Notes under the pieces: generated by a model
Databases searched by the model: none
What the model was told of the DNA's origin: nothing
The model's input: the letters and a program-made list of their open reading frames with translations, nothing else
In this document: positions 1 to 8,121 of the stretch, piece after piece
Numbering within the stretch: position 1 is the stretch's first letter
Layout of the letters: every line of letters begins with the position of its first letter
Program-made: the position numbers and the translations under genes
DNA from: Verrucomicrobiota bacterium
GTDB taxonomy: Bacteria; Verrucomicrobiota; Verrucomicrobiia; Opitutales; Seribacteraceae
Assembly (NCBI GenBank): GCA_027622665.1
Contig: JAQBYT010000053.1
Coordinates: forward strand, 1-18,996
Reading direction: 5' to 3'
Length of the DNA stretch: 18,996 nucleotides

Positions 1-69
1 GTGCCCTTGTTCGCCTTGTTCGTCGGTGCCCGCGGTCTGATTCCCTTCATCGTGCCCTTGTTCGCCTTG
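1..69. repeat. Coding repeat, 51-nt (17-codon) spacing
   Basis: GTGCCCTTGTTCGCCTTG occurs identically at 1-18 and 52-69, encoding QGEQGH twice. Confidence 0.75.
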
Positions 70-183
70 AGAATCGTTGTTGTGGTTGTCGGCAATAGCA
101 GTTGTTGGGGAAATGACTACGAAAAGTGCAAGCCAAAGGGGTGTTAGGATGGATGTTCCGAAGAGACGAAGATTTTTATTCAT
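1..183 (-). CDS. Secreted low-complexity repeat protein, 5' portion only (runs off the window edge)
   Basis: Not in the ORF track; translated by hand from ATG at 183: MNKNLRLFGTSILTPLWLALFVVISPTTAIADNHNNDSQGEQGHDEGNQTAGTDEQGEQGH... It has a Sec signal peptide (basic N-region, hydrophobic core, AIA|D cleavage) followed by acidic/Gln/Gly/His-rich sequence, with no stop codon before position 1. Confidence 0.8.
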   Translation of the reverse strand, partial: MNKNLRLFGTSILTPLWLALFVVISPTTAIADNHNNDSQGEQGHDEGNQTAGTDEQGEQGH

Positions 184-620
184 AGTAGTTTAGGCGTAAA
201 AAAAATGAAGAAACTGAAATTTGAAAGCGTTATATGATCAGATTTTTTGGAATGAAAGTTTTACACAGGGAAACTTAAGAATAATTGGCAATGCAGATTC
301 CTAAAGTGAAATAAAGGTTTAGGGAGGGGGATCCAATCGATTTCAGAGAATTTATACTGTGTAGGTAAAAGAGCGAATAATTTTAAGCATGAATCTTCCT
401 GCGATGCAATTTTTTTGCAACAGCTTCTACGGGAGGGCATCAGTTGATGATTTTGCTTTTCTTCGGACTAGGTTTGGGTCTTCTCGAAATGAATGCACCC
501 TTGTCGCTTAATTATATCTCACATAATATCTTTAAGGCAAAATAGAGCAACCCCCTGCAGATGCTTCGCCGAATCTCGGACCGATCGTACTCTCGCGGCA
601 CCCTAAGCAACAAGCTCTTC

Positions 621-1406
621 CTATCGCAGTTTCTTTATGTTTTGGATGAGCTCAAGAGTTTCGATGTACTGGGCTCCTTCTGTTGCAATGAAGATGTCTT
701 TGGCTTCGTTCAATATGGTTAGCCCTTGCTTCTTTTCCTTATTTTGGATCATCGCATAACCTAGATCGCGTTTTGAGCGGGCTACATTAGGGTGATTCGG
801 TCCGAATACCTTCAAGAAAATCTCCAAGGCTTTTTCGTGATTCCGCTTTGCTTCGCCGTGTTTATTCTTGGCAGTGTAGGCATTGCCTAGTCGGTTGTGG
901 GCGGCACCGACCTGCCTTTTGTCTTTTGCCGAGGTTGCTCGGCGAAAGATACCCATCGAGCTTTCGAAGTGAGCGATCGCCTGATTGTATTCCTTCATTT
1001 TCATGCAGGCCGTTCCTGCATTGTTGTGACTCGCGGCAACTGCTTCGTGTTCCTCCCCATGATCCTGCCTGCGAATCGACAAGGCTTCCGAGTAATACCA
1101 CAGGGATTTTTTAGGAGTTTTCTCCAGATAGGCGTTGCCGAGCCTGTTGTAGCAGTTGGCCATGTCAGGTTTTGGGCCCTCTTGGAACAAGACCATGGCT
1201 TGGCCGTATGTGGCATTTGCCTCATCGTATTTTCCGTCGCTTTGGAATTTTTGTCCTTTAGCGTACAATCCTAGACCTTCCTTGTAGCGCTCGAGTGCCT
1301 TGGCTCGTTCTGCGGGGTCTTTGGGGAAAGGTTTTGCCGCCCAAACTGGAGAAACCGAAAGGCATAGGAACATTGAAAGGACGCAAGCTTCGAGAGACTT
1401 TTTCAT
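621..1406 (-). CDS. Secreted tetratricopeptide-repeat protein (TPR_12 / kinesin-light-chain-like repeats)
   Basis: Signal peptide ending VWA|A. Repeated motifs MANCYNRLGNAY, VAASHNNAGTAC, VGAAHNRLGNAY and VARSKRDLGYAM, with HGEEHEAVA and FGPNHPNVA linkers. Confidence 0.88.
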   Translation of the reverse strand: MKKSLEACVLSMFLCLSVSPVWAAKPFPKDPAERAKALERYKEGLGLYAKGQKFQSDGKYDEANATYGQAMVLFQEGPKPDMANCYNRLGNAYLEKTPKKSLWYYSEALSIRRQDHGEEHEAVAASHNNAGTACMKMKEYNQAIAHFESSMGIFRRATSAKDKRQVGAAHNRLGNAYTAKNKHGEAKRNHEKALEIFLKVFGPNHPNVARSKRDLGYAMIQNKEKKQGLTILNEAKDIFIATEGAQYIETLELIQNIKKLR

Positions 1407-1996
1407 GAAAGCAGAATGTGGTTTTGGGTGAGATTAAGTTTTGGAGTCGCTTTTTTTTAAAAAAAAGGGGTATTCCGCTGTTTTTTAAATCTCTCCCGTG
1501 CCGTATTCACAATAAAAAAAGCGTAATACGGAGCCTGTGATTTCCCCGTTTCGTCTCGAATTACTCCTCGATGATGTCCTTTCCCCCTCCCGAGAAATAT
1601 TTAATGGTTCCTGCTGCCGGCGAAGCGTTGAAAATGTTCGCGTATGTCCTTGTCGGAAACCTTCTCTTAACCGAATGCTGCTATCGAGTATGCCCAAAAG
1701 CGGGCTGAGCGCGATGCTGAAATAGTTCGGATAACCGGGGTAAATGCAGACAAGTTAGTGGAATACGACCGCAAGTAGGGAAAGGCTAAACGGCAGGTCA
1801 TGGATGTGAAGGAACGACTTTCACTGACTGGTTTTGCAGCATTAAATCGCTGGTCGAAGGAGTGGAAGGAACTTCTCCCGCCCGGTTCGGAGTCTGAAAC
1901 AGCAGAGGCCCGAGTAGGCTCGGAGACAGAGGTTTTTGAATGAGTTTCGAGCCAGCTGGGCTTGACCGTTCTCCTTCTCAAGGTAGTCTTTGAGTA

Positions 1997-2836
1997 ATGG
2001 AGGGCAAAGAAAGTTGGCTCAAAACTGTTATTTTCTTCGTGTCCGAACCTCTGGCCGAGGCCGAACGCGAACGAAACGCTTACCTCAAATCCGAGAATTC
2101 GGTCGGGCCCGATTGGCAAGTGGTCGGGGTATTGGTATTGGTCGCGGTGGTTCTGAGCCTGCAGGAGTATTTGTTGCGACCTGCGGAATACGCCGGGTTT
2201 CTCCATTGGCTGGAAAGTAGTTTTTCGGGAATGATCAATGCCGAGACTTGGATGTCTCAGGAGAATTATCGTTTTGGCTTCTTGCTTTATTGGGCATGTG
2301 GCCAAACTCTATTATATGTCGTCCCACCCATCATTTTCATAAGATTCGTATGTAAGAAAAGCTTAGGGGACTATGGCGTGAAGCTTAAGGGGGTCTTCTC
2401 CTTGTGGTGGATGTACTTCTTAATGCTGGTCGCGATGGTTCCGATCGTGTTGGTGGCTTCCCGTTCCGAGGGATTTCAAGCGTCATATCCCTTTTTCGAA
2501 CCTTTTCCGAACGAACCTTTGTGGCCTCGGTTCTGGATTTGGGAAGGTGCCTATTTTTTGCAATTCGTAGGGCTTGAGTTTTTCTTTCGGGGGTTTCTGC
2601 TACATGGGATTCGCCGCCAGTTTGGCGCATACGCGATTTTCGTGATGATGGTGCCTTACTGCATGATTCACTTCGGAAAGCCCATGCCCGAAACTTTCGC
2701 TGCAATCGCCGCGGGGATAATCCTTGGCTTTATGAGCTTGAAAACTCGATCCATTTGGATGGGGGCAGCCCTTCACGTAAGCGTGGCTCTTACGATGGAT
2801 ACATGTGCCCTATGGCGTGCGGGCAAATTATTTTAA
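1997..2836 (+). CDS. CPBP (Abi / type II CAAX) family intramembrane glutamic endopeptidase
   Basis: Multiple TM segments and the family motifs LEFFFRGFLL, YCMIHFGKP and SIWMGAALH..VA..D. Confidence 0.9.
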   Translation: MEGKESWLKTVIFFVSEPLAEAERERNAYLKSENSVGPDWQVVGVLVLVAVVLSLQEYLLRPAEYAGFLHWLESSFSGMINAETWMSQENYRFGFLLYWACGQTLLYVVPPIIFIRFVCKKSLGDYGVKLKGVFSLWWMYFLMLVAMVPIVLVASRSEGFQASYPFFEPFPNEPLWPRFWIWEGAYFLQFVGLEFFFRGFLLHGIRRQFGAYAIFVMMVPYCMIHFGKPMPETFAAIAAGIILGFMSLKTRSIWMGAALHVSVALTMDTCALWRAGKLF

Positions 2837-2910
2837 GGGAAAGTGCTTCGGTGGGGCAGGGGAGGGGAGCTGGGAACTCGACAATTCTCATAAGTATCCG
2901 TATGTCAATT

Positions 2911-2924
2911 ATTTACGCGTAAAT
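2911..2924. promoter_or_regulatory. Perfect 14-bp palindrome ATTTACGCGTAAAT, candidate operator next to a minus-strand TTGACA (2908-2903)
   Basis: Seen directly in the sequence. Shares the TTACG/CGTAA half-site with motifs at 3646-3657 and 3813-3838. Confidence 0.4.
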
Positions 2925-3022
2925 CGAAGTCTCTGTTCGCCGAGATCGGAGATCATCTTGGCCGGAGATGTGGCATTTTGGCGTTTTGTGGGGCACAAGT
3001 TGGGGCTTTCCTCGCAGGAGGT

Positions 3023-3601
3023 TTACTTGAGTTCTCTCAGGAGGTTCTTTGGGGTTAGGATTTTTACGCCGTACTTTGAATAGAGGGGTAGGTAGGATCT
3101 ATCCGCCTGAGTGAGCTTGGGAACACAGGCGTATCCTGTGGGGGTGGACAAGGTGTGCATGGTGTCGAGTAGGTGCCCGAGTACGGTCGGGTGTTCTGTT
3201 AGAAGCGGGCTAATGTGGAGTGGGATGCGGCGGGAACCTGAACGCAGGATTAGGTCGGGTCCGCCCGAGTGGTTGGAGCGAGAGATTTCATGGCCCTTTT
3301 GCAGGAGAAGGTCGCTTACTTCGGATAGGAGAGTTTTCTTTTCTCGGAGGAGGGTCTCCTGTTCTTTTCGGGTGGTTCGGAGACGTTCCGAGCGGTGTGC
3401 GTCATGGAGGTTTTGGGCGGCTTTTTCGGATAGGTCGAGGGCGGCAATTAAGTTGTCTAGAGTGGTGGGGCGCGGGAGGTTTTTCCCGTTGATCAGATCA
3501 TAGAGAGATGGGCGGCTTATGCCTGCTTTTTTGGCGAGAGCAGTGAGGTTTTCGGGATGCTCTCTTAGGATAGTTGAAAGGTCGTCTGCAAAGGAATTCA
3601 T
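3023..3601 (-). CDS. XRE/Cro-C1 HTH regulator fused to a degenerate Mrr-like PD-(D/E)XK domain (192 aa)
   Basis: N-terminal LTALAKKAGISRPSLYDLINGKNLPRPTTLDNLIAAL is a typical XRE HTH. The C-terminal EVSDLLLQKGHEI..GGPDLIL..RIPLHIS..GYACV..YGVKILT follows the Mrr_cat pattern. ATG at 3601 is preferred over the track's TTG at 3655. Confidence 0.82.
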   Translation of the reverse strand: MNSFADDLSTILREHPENLTALAKKAGISRPSLYDLINGKNLPRPTTLDNLIAALDLSEKAAQNLHDAHRSERLRTTRKEQETLLREKKTLLSEVSDLLLQKGHEISRSNHSGGPDLILRSGSRRIPLHISPLLTEHPTVLGHLLDTMHTLSTPTGYACVPKLTQADRSYLPLYSKYGVKILTPKNLLRELK

Positions 3602-3628
3602 GACTAGGTTGTTAGTGTCTGAATGCTG

Positions 3629-3710
3629 TTGCGCAAGTAAAAAGACCTTACGCAAGGAGGTTTTTTCTTGCGGTTTATTGTGTAGCTACAAAAACCTTAC
3701 GATATTGCTT
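3629..3710. promoter_or_regulatory. Promoter/operator region of the XRE regulator
   Basis: Imperfect inverted repeat 3632-3648/3658-3672, near-palindrome CCTTACGCAAGG at 3646-3657, palindrome TGTAGCTACA at 3681-3690, and a second CCTTACG at 3695-3701. Confidence 0.45.
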
Positions 3711-3852
3711 TAACTCCTTATTCTATTAGGTATATTTAGATTCTAGTTGAGCTTGCTGTGGCGTGCGGGAATGGTGATTGATGAGGTGGATATGTATGCG
3801 TAAATATTTTATCCTTACGTAAAGAGTTTTCGGTAAGGGGGCGCCGAGGGAG

Positions 3853-4311
3853 CTATCCGAAGGTGGTTTGCCAGAGGTCGAAAGTGATCCTGTAGACGGT
3901 TGGAGAGGAGGAGGCTCGAGGGCTTGCGACGTTTAGAATATTCACCTTATGATGCTAGGTGAATTGCCTCAAAAGGAATGGGGCTTGGGAGAGGTTATTA
4001 GGCGTAACGAGGAGGTGAGGTTTTTTAGTCTTCCGAGCGTGTTCCAAGGTGATGAGCGTTCCACCCGCTGGGTCTGTGTTTTGAGACACGATGAGGGTGA
4101 CGTCCGCCCGCTCGACGTTCAATCGAGTGCGTTGGGCATATGATGTCGAATCAGTCTCATGAAGTTTGTATTTCCGTGAAATGGTTCCGTCCTCGACTCT
4201 GTGCCCGGCGTGGCAATGGCCTGCGTGGGGGTTGCTGTTTGGGATGACCTAGGCCAAGGTCGGCTCGGCGGGTCGGCCACCGTTTTGTCCGCCGGACACA
4301 ATCGTGATCAT
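3853..4311 (-). pseudogene. Pseudogene of the SLOG-superfamily 'putative molybdenum carrier' protein (MoCo_carrier/YpsA-like)
   Basis: Hand translation from ATG 4311: MITIVSGGQNGGRPAEPTLA*VIPNSNPHAGHCHAGHRVEDGTISRKYKLHETDSTSYAQRTRLNVERADVTLIVSQNTDPAGGTLITLEHARKTKKPHLLVTPNNLSQAPFLLRQFT*HHKVNILNVASPRASSSPTVYRITFDLWQTTFG*. This matches the family motifs SGGQTG, GGWCPxGRxAEDG, Y..RT..NV...D.TL, GGT..T...A....KP and LNVAGPR in order. Internal TAG stops lie at 4251-4249 and 3957-3955. Confidence 0.85.
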
Positions 4312-4332
4312 GTGTTGGCGGTTCTAGGTTGG

Positions 4333-4617
4333 TCACCACCAACCCAGCCTACCTGCCAGAAAGCAGAATACGAGGGCAAGTACCCCGATCGTACCAATCG
4401 AATAGAGGATGAGAAGCGGAGTGAGCATGGGCCATTTTTCCCGTTGGTCGATGTCATCGCGATCGATTGTAAGTTCAGCGGCTCTGCGGTGCAGGTATAT
4501 CTGGCGTGCGCGGACTTCGTCACCATCGGCTGTCGCAATGCATTCCGCGAGGAGTTCCCTATCCGCATAATTGCCGTCAAGTTCTTCTTGGGCTGTGCGT
4601 TTAGCTTCTTGATTCAT
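4333..4617 (-). CDS. Small hypothetical protein with a C-terminal transmembrane helix
   Basis: 94-aa ORF with a helical N-domain (ELLAECIATADGDEVRARQIYLHRRAAEL) and a hydrophobic C-terminus. It ends 21 nt before the SLOG pseudogene start on the same strand. Confidence 0.72.
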   Translation of the reverse strand: MNQEAKRTAQEELDGNYADRELLAECIATADGDEVRARQIYLHRRAAELTIDRDDIDQREKWPMLTPLLILYSIGTIGVLALVFCFLAGRLGWW

Positions 4618-4679
4618 CTGAATGTGAATAATTCGAGTTTGCTAATTTAGGGAAGCCGTAAGGATATTGCACGGTTGAA

Positions 4680-5069
4680 ATGAATCGTGCTGCCGAGATA
4701 GTTGATGTTCTTCGAGGCGGTTTGGATGGCTTGGTCGAGAAGCAAGCCGGACGACCGTTGAGTTATACCCGTTTGTTTAATTTTGAAACTAAGCGGGTGT
4801 CGTTGTGTGTGGAATCCTCTGATCTCGAAACTGGAATCTCTCGGGTAGTGGGGATGGTGGAAGTGGAGGAGGTGCCCACAAACAATGGCCGAGTCACTTG
4901 TCGTTGCCTGATGACCGATATGAAATCAGGAGAATCCAAGCGAGTTTACCTACGAATAAAGGATCTTCGCCAGAAAGGCCAAGAGTGCGACAAAATCTAT
5001 GAATTTTTCAACGATCTGATTGAACCGTTGCCGGCTCCCGTCAACGGTTCACGAGGGCGACACAGGTAA
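4680..5069 (+). CDS. Hypothetical protein (129 aa)
   Basis: ATG start, protein-like composition, fills the gap between a divergent and a convergent gene. No family recognised. Confidence 0.65.
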   Translation: MNRAAEIVDVLRGGLDGLVEKQAGRPLSYTRLFNFETKRVSLCVESSDLETGISRVVGMVEVEEVPTNNGRVTCRCLMTDMKSGESKRVYLRIKDLRQKGQECDKIYEFFNDLIEPLPAPVNGSRGRHR

Positions 5070-5089
5070 GCCCTCGTCTATTCGGACGA
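5051..5089. terminator. Candidate hairpin(s) between convergent genes
   Basis: ACGAGGGC (5051-5058) pairs with GCCCTCGT (5070-5077) as an 8-bp stem. An alternative stem is TCGTC (5074-5078) with GACGA (5085-5089). No good U-tract. Confidence 0.3.
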
Positions 5090-5092
5090 AAC

Positions 5093-8035
5093 TCAATAGG
5101 TAAAGAGATCGTCTTTGGAAACCTTGGTGACCGGGCCAATCTTCTCGAGTGCCTGCAGGTCGATTTTTGTTGAGTCGCCCACGATGGAAATTAGTTTTTG
5201 GCGAGGCTGGATCTCTCTTTCATAGAATTCTTTGAGAGTTTCGATAGTGGCCGACTCAATGACTTGGAAACGAGTTTTTCTTGGATCTTCCTTGAGCCCC
5301 AGCTGTGTCCAGTCGTAAACGGCTCCGGGGATTTGCCGAAAACGAGCAGGGTTGGTGCGGTAGGCGCTCTCAAGGGCTTCTTGGGCTGAATCCCATCGTT
5401 TTTCGTTCAAAGGCATGTCCTCAAGCAGTTCGAGGAAAGCGATCACTGCTTCGATCGTCTTATCTGCCTGACATCCGATGGCCCCAACGAGAATGTTTTC
5501 CTCGTCCGGACGACTTGCCGCAAAATAGTTTCCCCAAGCGGAATAGGCGAGGGCTCGGGCTTCCCGCAGTTCTTGGAAGACGAGGCCGGCCATGCCTCCG
5601 GCAAAGTACTCGTTGTACAGTTGGGCCGCGGGGAGTTTGGTTTCGTTCCGCTCACCGACTGAGAATTCCAGCCGGACTTGAGCTTGGGCCATTTCCTTCT
5701 CGTAGAAGTAAATTTGGTTGCGTTCCGCTTTGTGTGAACGAGGCGCTTCGTATGGCGGTGGGGTGGCGAGGGTTTCGGGCAAGGGAAAATGTTTGCTCAA
5801 TGCATCGGCTATTTCGTCTGCCGAGCGCGGACCTATATACAATATGCTTTGTTCGTAGTTGAGGAGCTTCGACAAGGTTTCCTTCAGTTGTGGCACGCTG
5901 GTTGCGTTTAGGTCTGCGTTGGTGGGCCGATTGCGAAATCTGGAACGATCGCCGTAGCGATGGAAGTGAGCGAGGGCATGGGCCAAGATGCGAGGGTCTT
6001 TGGATTCGTCATCTCGCTCCGCTAAAAGAATCTCTACCAATTTGGTGAGCGTTTCGTCGTCGACCTTTGGAGTCGAAAGGTGCTTGTGAGCGAGATCCAG
6101 GCTGGGAGCCAATTGTTCGTCTAGGCCGGAAAGGCTTATGTCCGTAAACCGTTCGGATACGCTTAAGTTGAACTCGCTGCCCAGCTTGTACCACTCGATT
6201 TTCAACTGCTCGGAAGAAAGGTCGCCGGCGCCGGAACGGTCGAGGAGGCGTTTGGCGTAGGGGAGATAGGCATTCTGCCGAGAACCTGTCTCGATACGGA
6301 AATTTACTACGAAAAGATCGTTAACGGGGTTGGTCGCGTGGTAGAGGGTAAGCCCCGGTCGAATGTCTCGGGTTTCGTAGTCCTTGTTGGCTTCGAGGTA
6401 CTTCGGTGCGAAGGCGGCGATGTCCATTTCATCGATCTCTTGCATGAAGGCGGAAGATGGACCGGGTTCGATTTTAAGCGGGTCGATCTTTGGTTTTTCG
6501 ATTTGAGGAAGATCGTGCTGGGCATCAATTCTGTGACCGACCACGTAGTTTTCGCCAAAATATTTGTTTGCAACGGTCACGACGTCTTCCTTGGTGACTT
6601 GTTCAAGCTTGTTGATTTCGTTGGCGGTGTCGTTCCAATCATTGAAGGAAAGGAAGGTGTCACGCAGTAGTTCCACGCGTCTGTCGTTTTCCTCCAAGTC
6701 TTGCTTCCTGCGTTTTTTGAAGTCGTTGAGCACCGCGGGGAGAATCCAGTCTTCGAACTCTCCGCGTTTTACTTTATCGATTTGCTCTTTGAGAAGAGCT
6801 TCGACCTGATCGAGTGTTTGCCCGTCTTTTGGTACGCCCACGAGGTACTGGACTCCATAGTCGTTCATGTTCTGAGGATAGGCCCCCGCTGCCCGTACGA
6901 CTTGGGCTTCGACTAAATTCAGGTTGATCAAGCCTGCTACGGAATTGTCTAGAATCATGTCTACTAGACGGACCGCCGGGAAGTCGTCGTGATTGCGGTC
7001 GACCGTTCGAAACGCGAGCGTCACTTGCTCTTCCCCTTGATACTTGACTTCAACGAATTCGCGCCCCTCGAGGCTCTTTTCGTTCCACTTGAGTATTTCT
7101 ATGGGGGTTTTCCCGGGTTGCCAGCTTGAGAATGCTCTGGAAATAACGGACATCGCCTCCTTCGGGTCAACGTCGCCGGAGATGCAGATAGCCATGTTGT
7201 CGGGGACGTAGTATTTGTCGAAATATTCTTTAATGGCCAAAATCGATGGGTTTTTCAGGTGTTCGACCGAACCTAGAGTGGACTGTTGACCATAGGGGTG
7301 ATTCTTGAACAGGAGGGCATTCACCTCGCGGCTGATAAGGCGATCCTTGTTGTCGATGGAGCGGTTCTTTTCCTCGTAAACGGTTTCGAGCTCGGTATGA
7401 AAAAGTCGAAACACGGGGTTAGCGAAGCGTTCGGCTTCAATTTTTGCCCAGTGCTTGAGGCGATTGGAGGGCAGGTCGATCTTGTATACCGTTTCTTCGT
7501 GCCATGTATGGGCGTTGACTCCCTTTGCTCCCATGTCCCCGTATACTCGATCCATCTCGTTGGGCACGGCTAAGGCAGCGGCTTCTTGTGAAATTTTGTT
7601 AATTTCCGAATAAATTTCCTGCCGTCGGGTAGAGTTGGTCTCCTTGGACCTGTCCTCGTACAATTGCGTAATGCGATCCAAGAGAGGTTTTTCATTCTCG
7701 AAGTCGGTCGTTCCGAAGTTCGAGGTACCCTTGAAAAGAAGGTGCTCCAAGTAGTGGGCGAGACCTGTGTTGGTGTTGGGGTCGTGCTTGCTTCCTGCTC
7801 TCGTTATGATTTCCGCGTGGAATCTGGGTTCCTCGTGGTTTGGACTTATGTAGACTGTTAGCCCATTGTCCAATTTGTAGATGAACACCTGCATGGAGTC
7901 GTTGGAGTCGGTCGAACTGACCGACTTGTAAGCGTTGTCGGTCTTCAAGTTCAGGTCACAGGATGTCATTGGTAAAATTCCAAAAGCTCCGATGGCGGAG
8001 ATTTGAGAAAGGCGGCCTAGGTAGGTGGCGATCAT
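5093..8035 (-). CDS. M16 (insulinase-family) zinc metallopeptidase, probable lipoprotein
   Basis: GLAHYLEHLLFKGT (inverted HxxEH), NAHTWHEETVY, downstream ELETVYEE and C-terminal FQELREARALAY. Lipobox-like ILPMTSC. ATG at 8035 is preferred over 8062. Confidence 0.93.
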   Translation of the reverse strand: MIATYLGRLSQISAIGAFGILPMTSCDLNLKTDNAYKSVSSTDSNDSMQVFIYKLDNGLTVYISPNHEEPRFHAEIITRAGSKHDPNTNTGLAHYLEHLLFKGTSNFGTTDFENEKPLLDRITQLYEDRSKETNSTRRQEIYSEINKISQEAAALAVPNEMDRVYGDMGAKGVNAHTWHEETVYKIDLPSNRLKHWAKIEAERFANPVFRLFHTELETVYEEKNRSIDNKDRLISREVNALLFKNHPYGQQSTLGSVEHLKNPSILAIKEYFDKYYVPDNMAICISGDVDPKEAMSVISRAFSSWQPGKTPIEILKWNEKSLEGREFVEVKYQGEEQVTLAFRTVDRNHDDFPAVRLVDMILDNSVAGLINLNLVEAQVVRAAGAYPQNMNDYGVQYLVGVPKDGQTLDQVEALLKEQIDKVKRGEFEDWILPAVLNDFKKRRKQDLEENDRRVELLRDTFLSFNDWNDTANEINKLEQVTKEDVVTVANKYFGENYVVGHRIDAQHDLPQIEKPKIDPLKIEPGPSSAFMQEIDEMDIAAFAPKYLEANKDYETRDIRPGLTLYHATNPVNDLFVVNFRIETGSRQNAYLPYAKRLLDRSGAGDLSSEQLKIEWYKLGSEFNLSVSERFTDISLSGLDEQLAPSLDLAHKHLSTPKVDDETLTKLVEILLAERDDESKDPRILAHALAHFHRYGDRSRFRNRPTNADLNATSVPQLKETLSKLLNYEQSILYIGPRSADEIADALSKHFPLPETLATPPPYEAPRSHKAERNQIYFYEKEMAQAQVRLEFSVGERNETKLPAAQLYNEYFAGGMAGLVFQELREARALAYSAWGNYFAASRPDEENILVGAIGCQADKTIEAVIAFLELLEDMPLNEKRWDSAQEALESAYRTNPARFRQIPGAVYDWTQLGLKEDPRKTRFQVIESATIETLKEFYEREIQPRQKLISIVGDSTKIDLQALEKIGPVTKVSKDDLFTY

Positions 8036-8121
8036 GGCGTTTTGGGTTGCGGTTTGACACAAGGGAGAGTGAGTTTCGTTTTTTTTCTATAATTTGCACG
8101 ATTATTCGACCAAAAGATTTC

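Noticed and set aside
184..620. tRNA, riboswitch or other ncRNA in the AT-rich gap
   Set aside because: No cloverleaf or recognisable riboswitch motif, only a short TGCAA/TTGCA inverted repeat (405-419).
1667..2305. 212-aa minus-strand ORF
   Set aside because: It overlaps the CPBP gene antisense and has no recognisable motifs.
3940..3964. Inverted repeat ATTCACCT/AGGTGAAT as an operator or ncRNA
   Set aside because: It lies within the pseudogene coding frame and has no other support.
3853..4311. Amber (TAG) recoding or read-through of the SLOG gene
   Set aside because: TAG is the normal stop of several intact genes here (TPR, binding protein, permease, SGNH), and conserved motifs are also eroded, which favours pseudogenisation.
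3949..4650. Track ORFs 3949-4143, 4119-4301, 4157-4342, 4201-4650 and 4308-4580
   Set aside because: Antisense or off-frame shadows of the SLOG pseudogene and the 94-aa membrane protein.
7963..8121. N-terminal extension of the ArsC-family ORF
   Set aside because: It overlaps the divergent M16 gene start; the family domain begins at ATG 8122.
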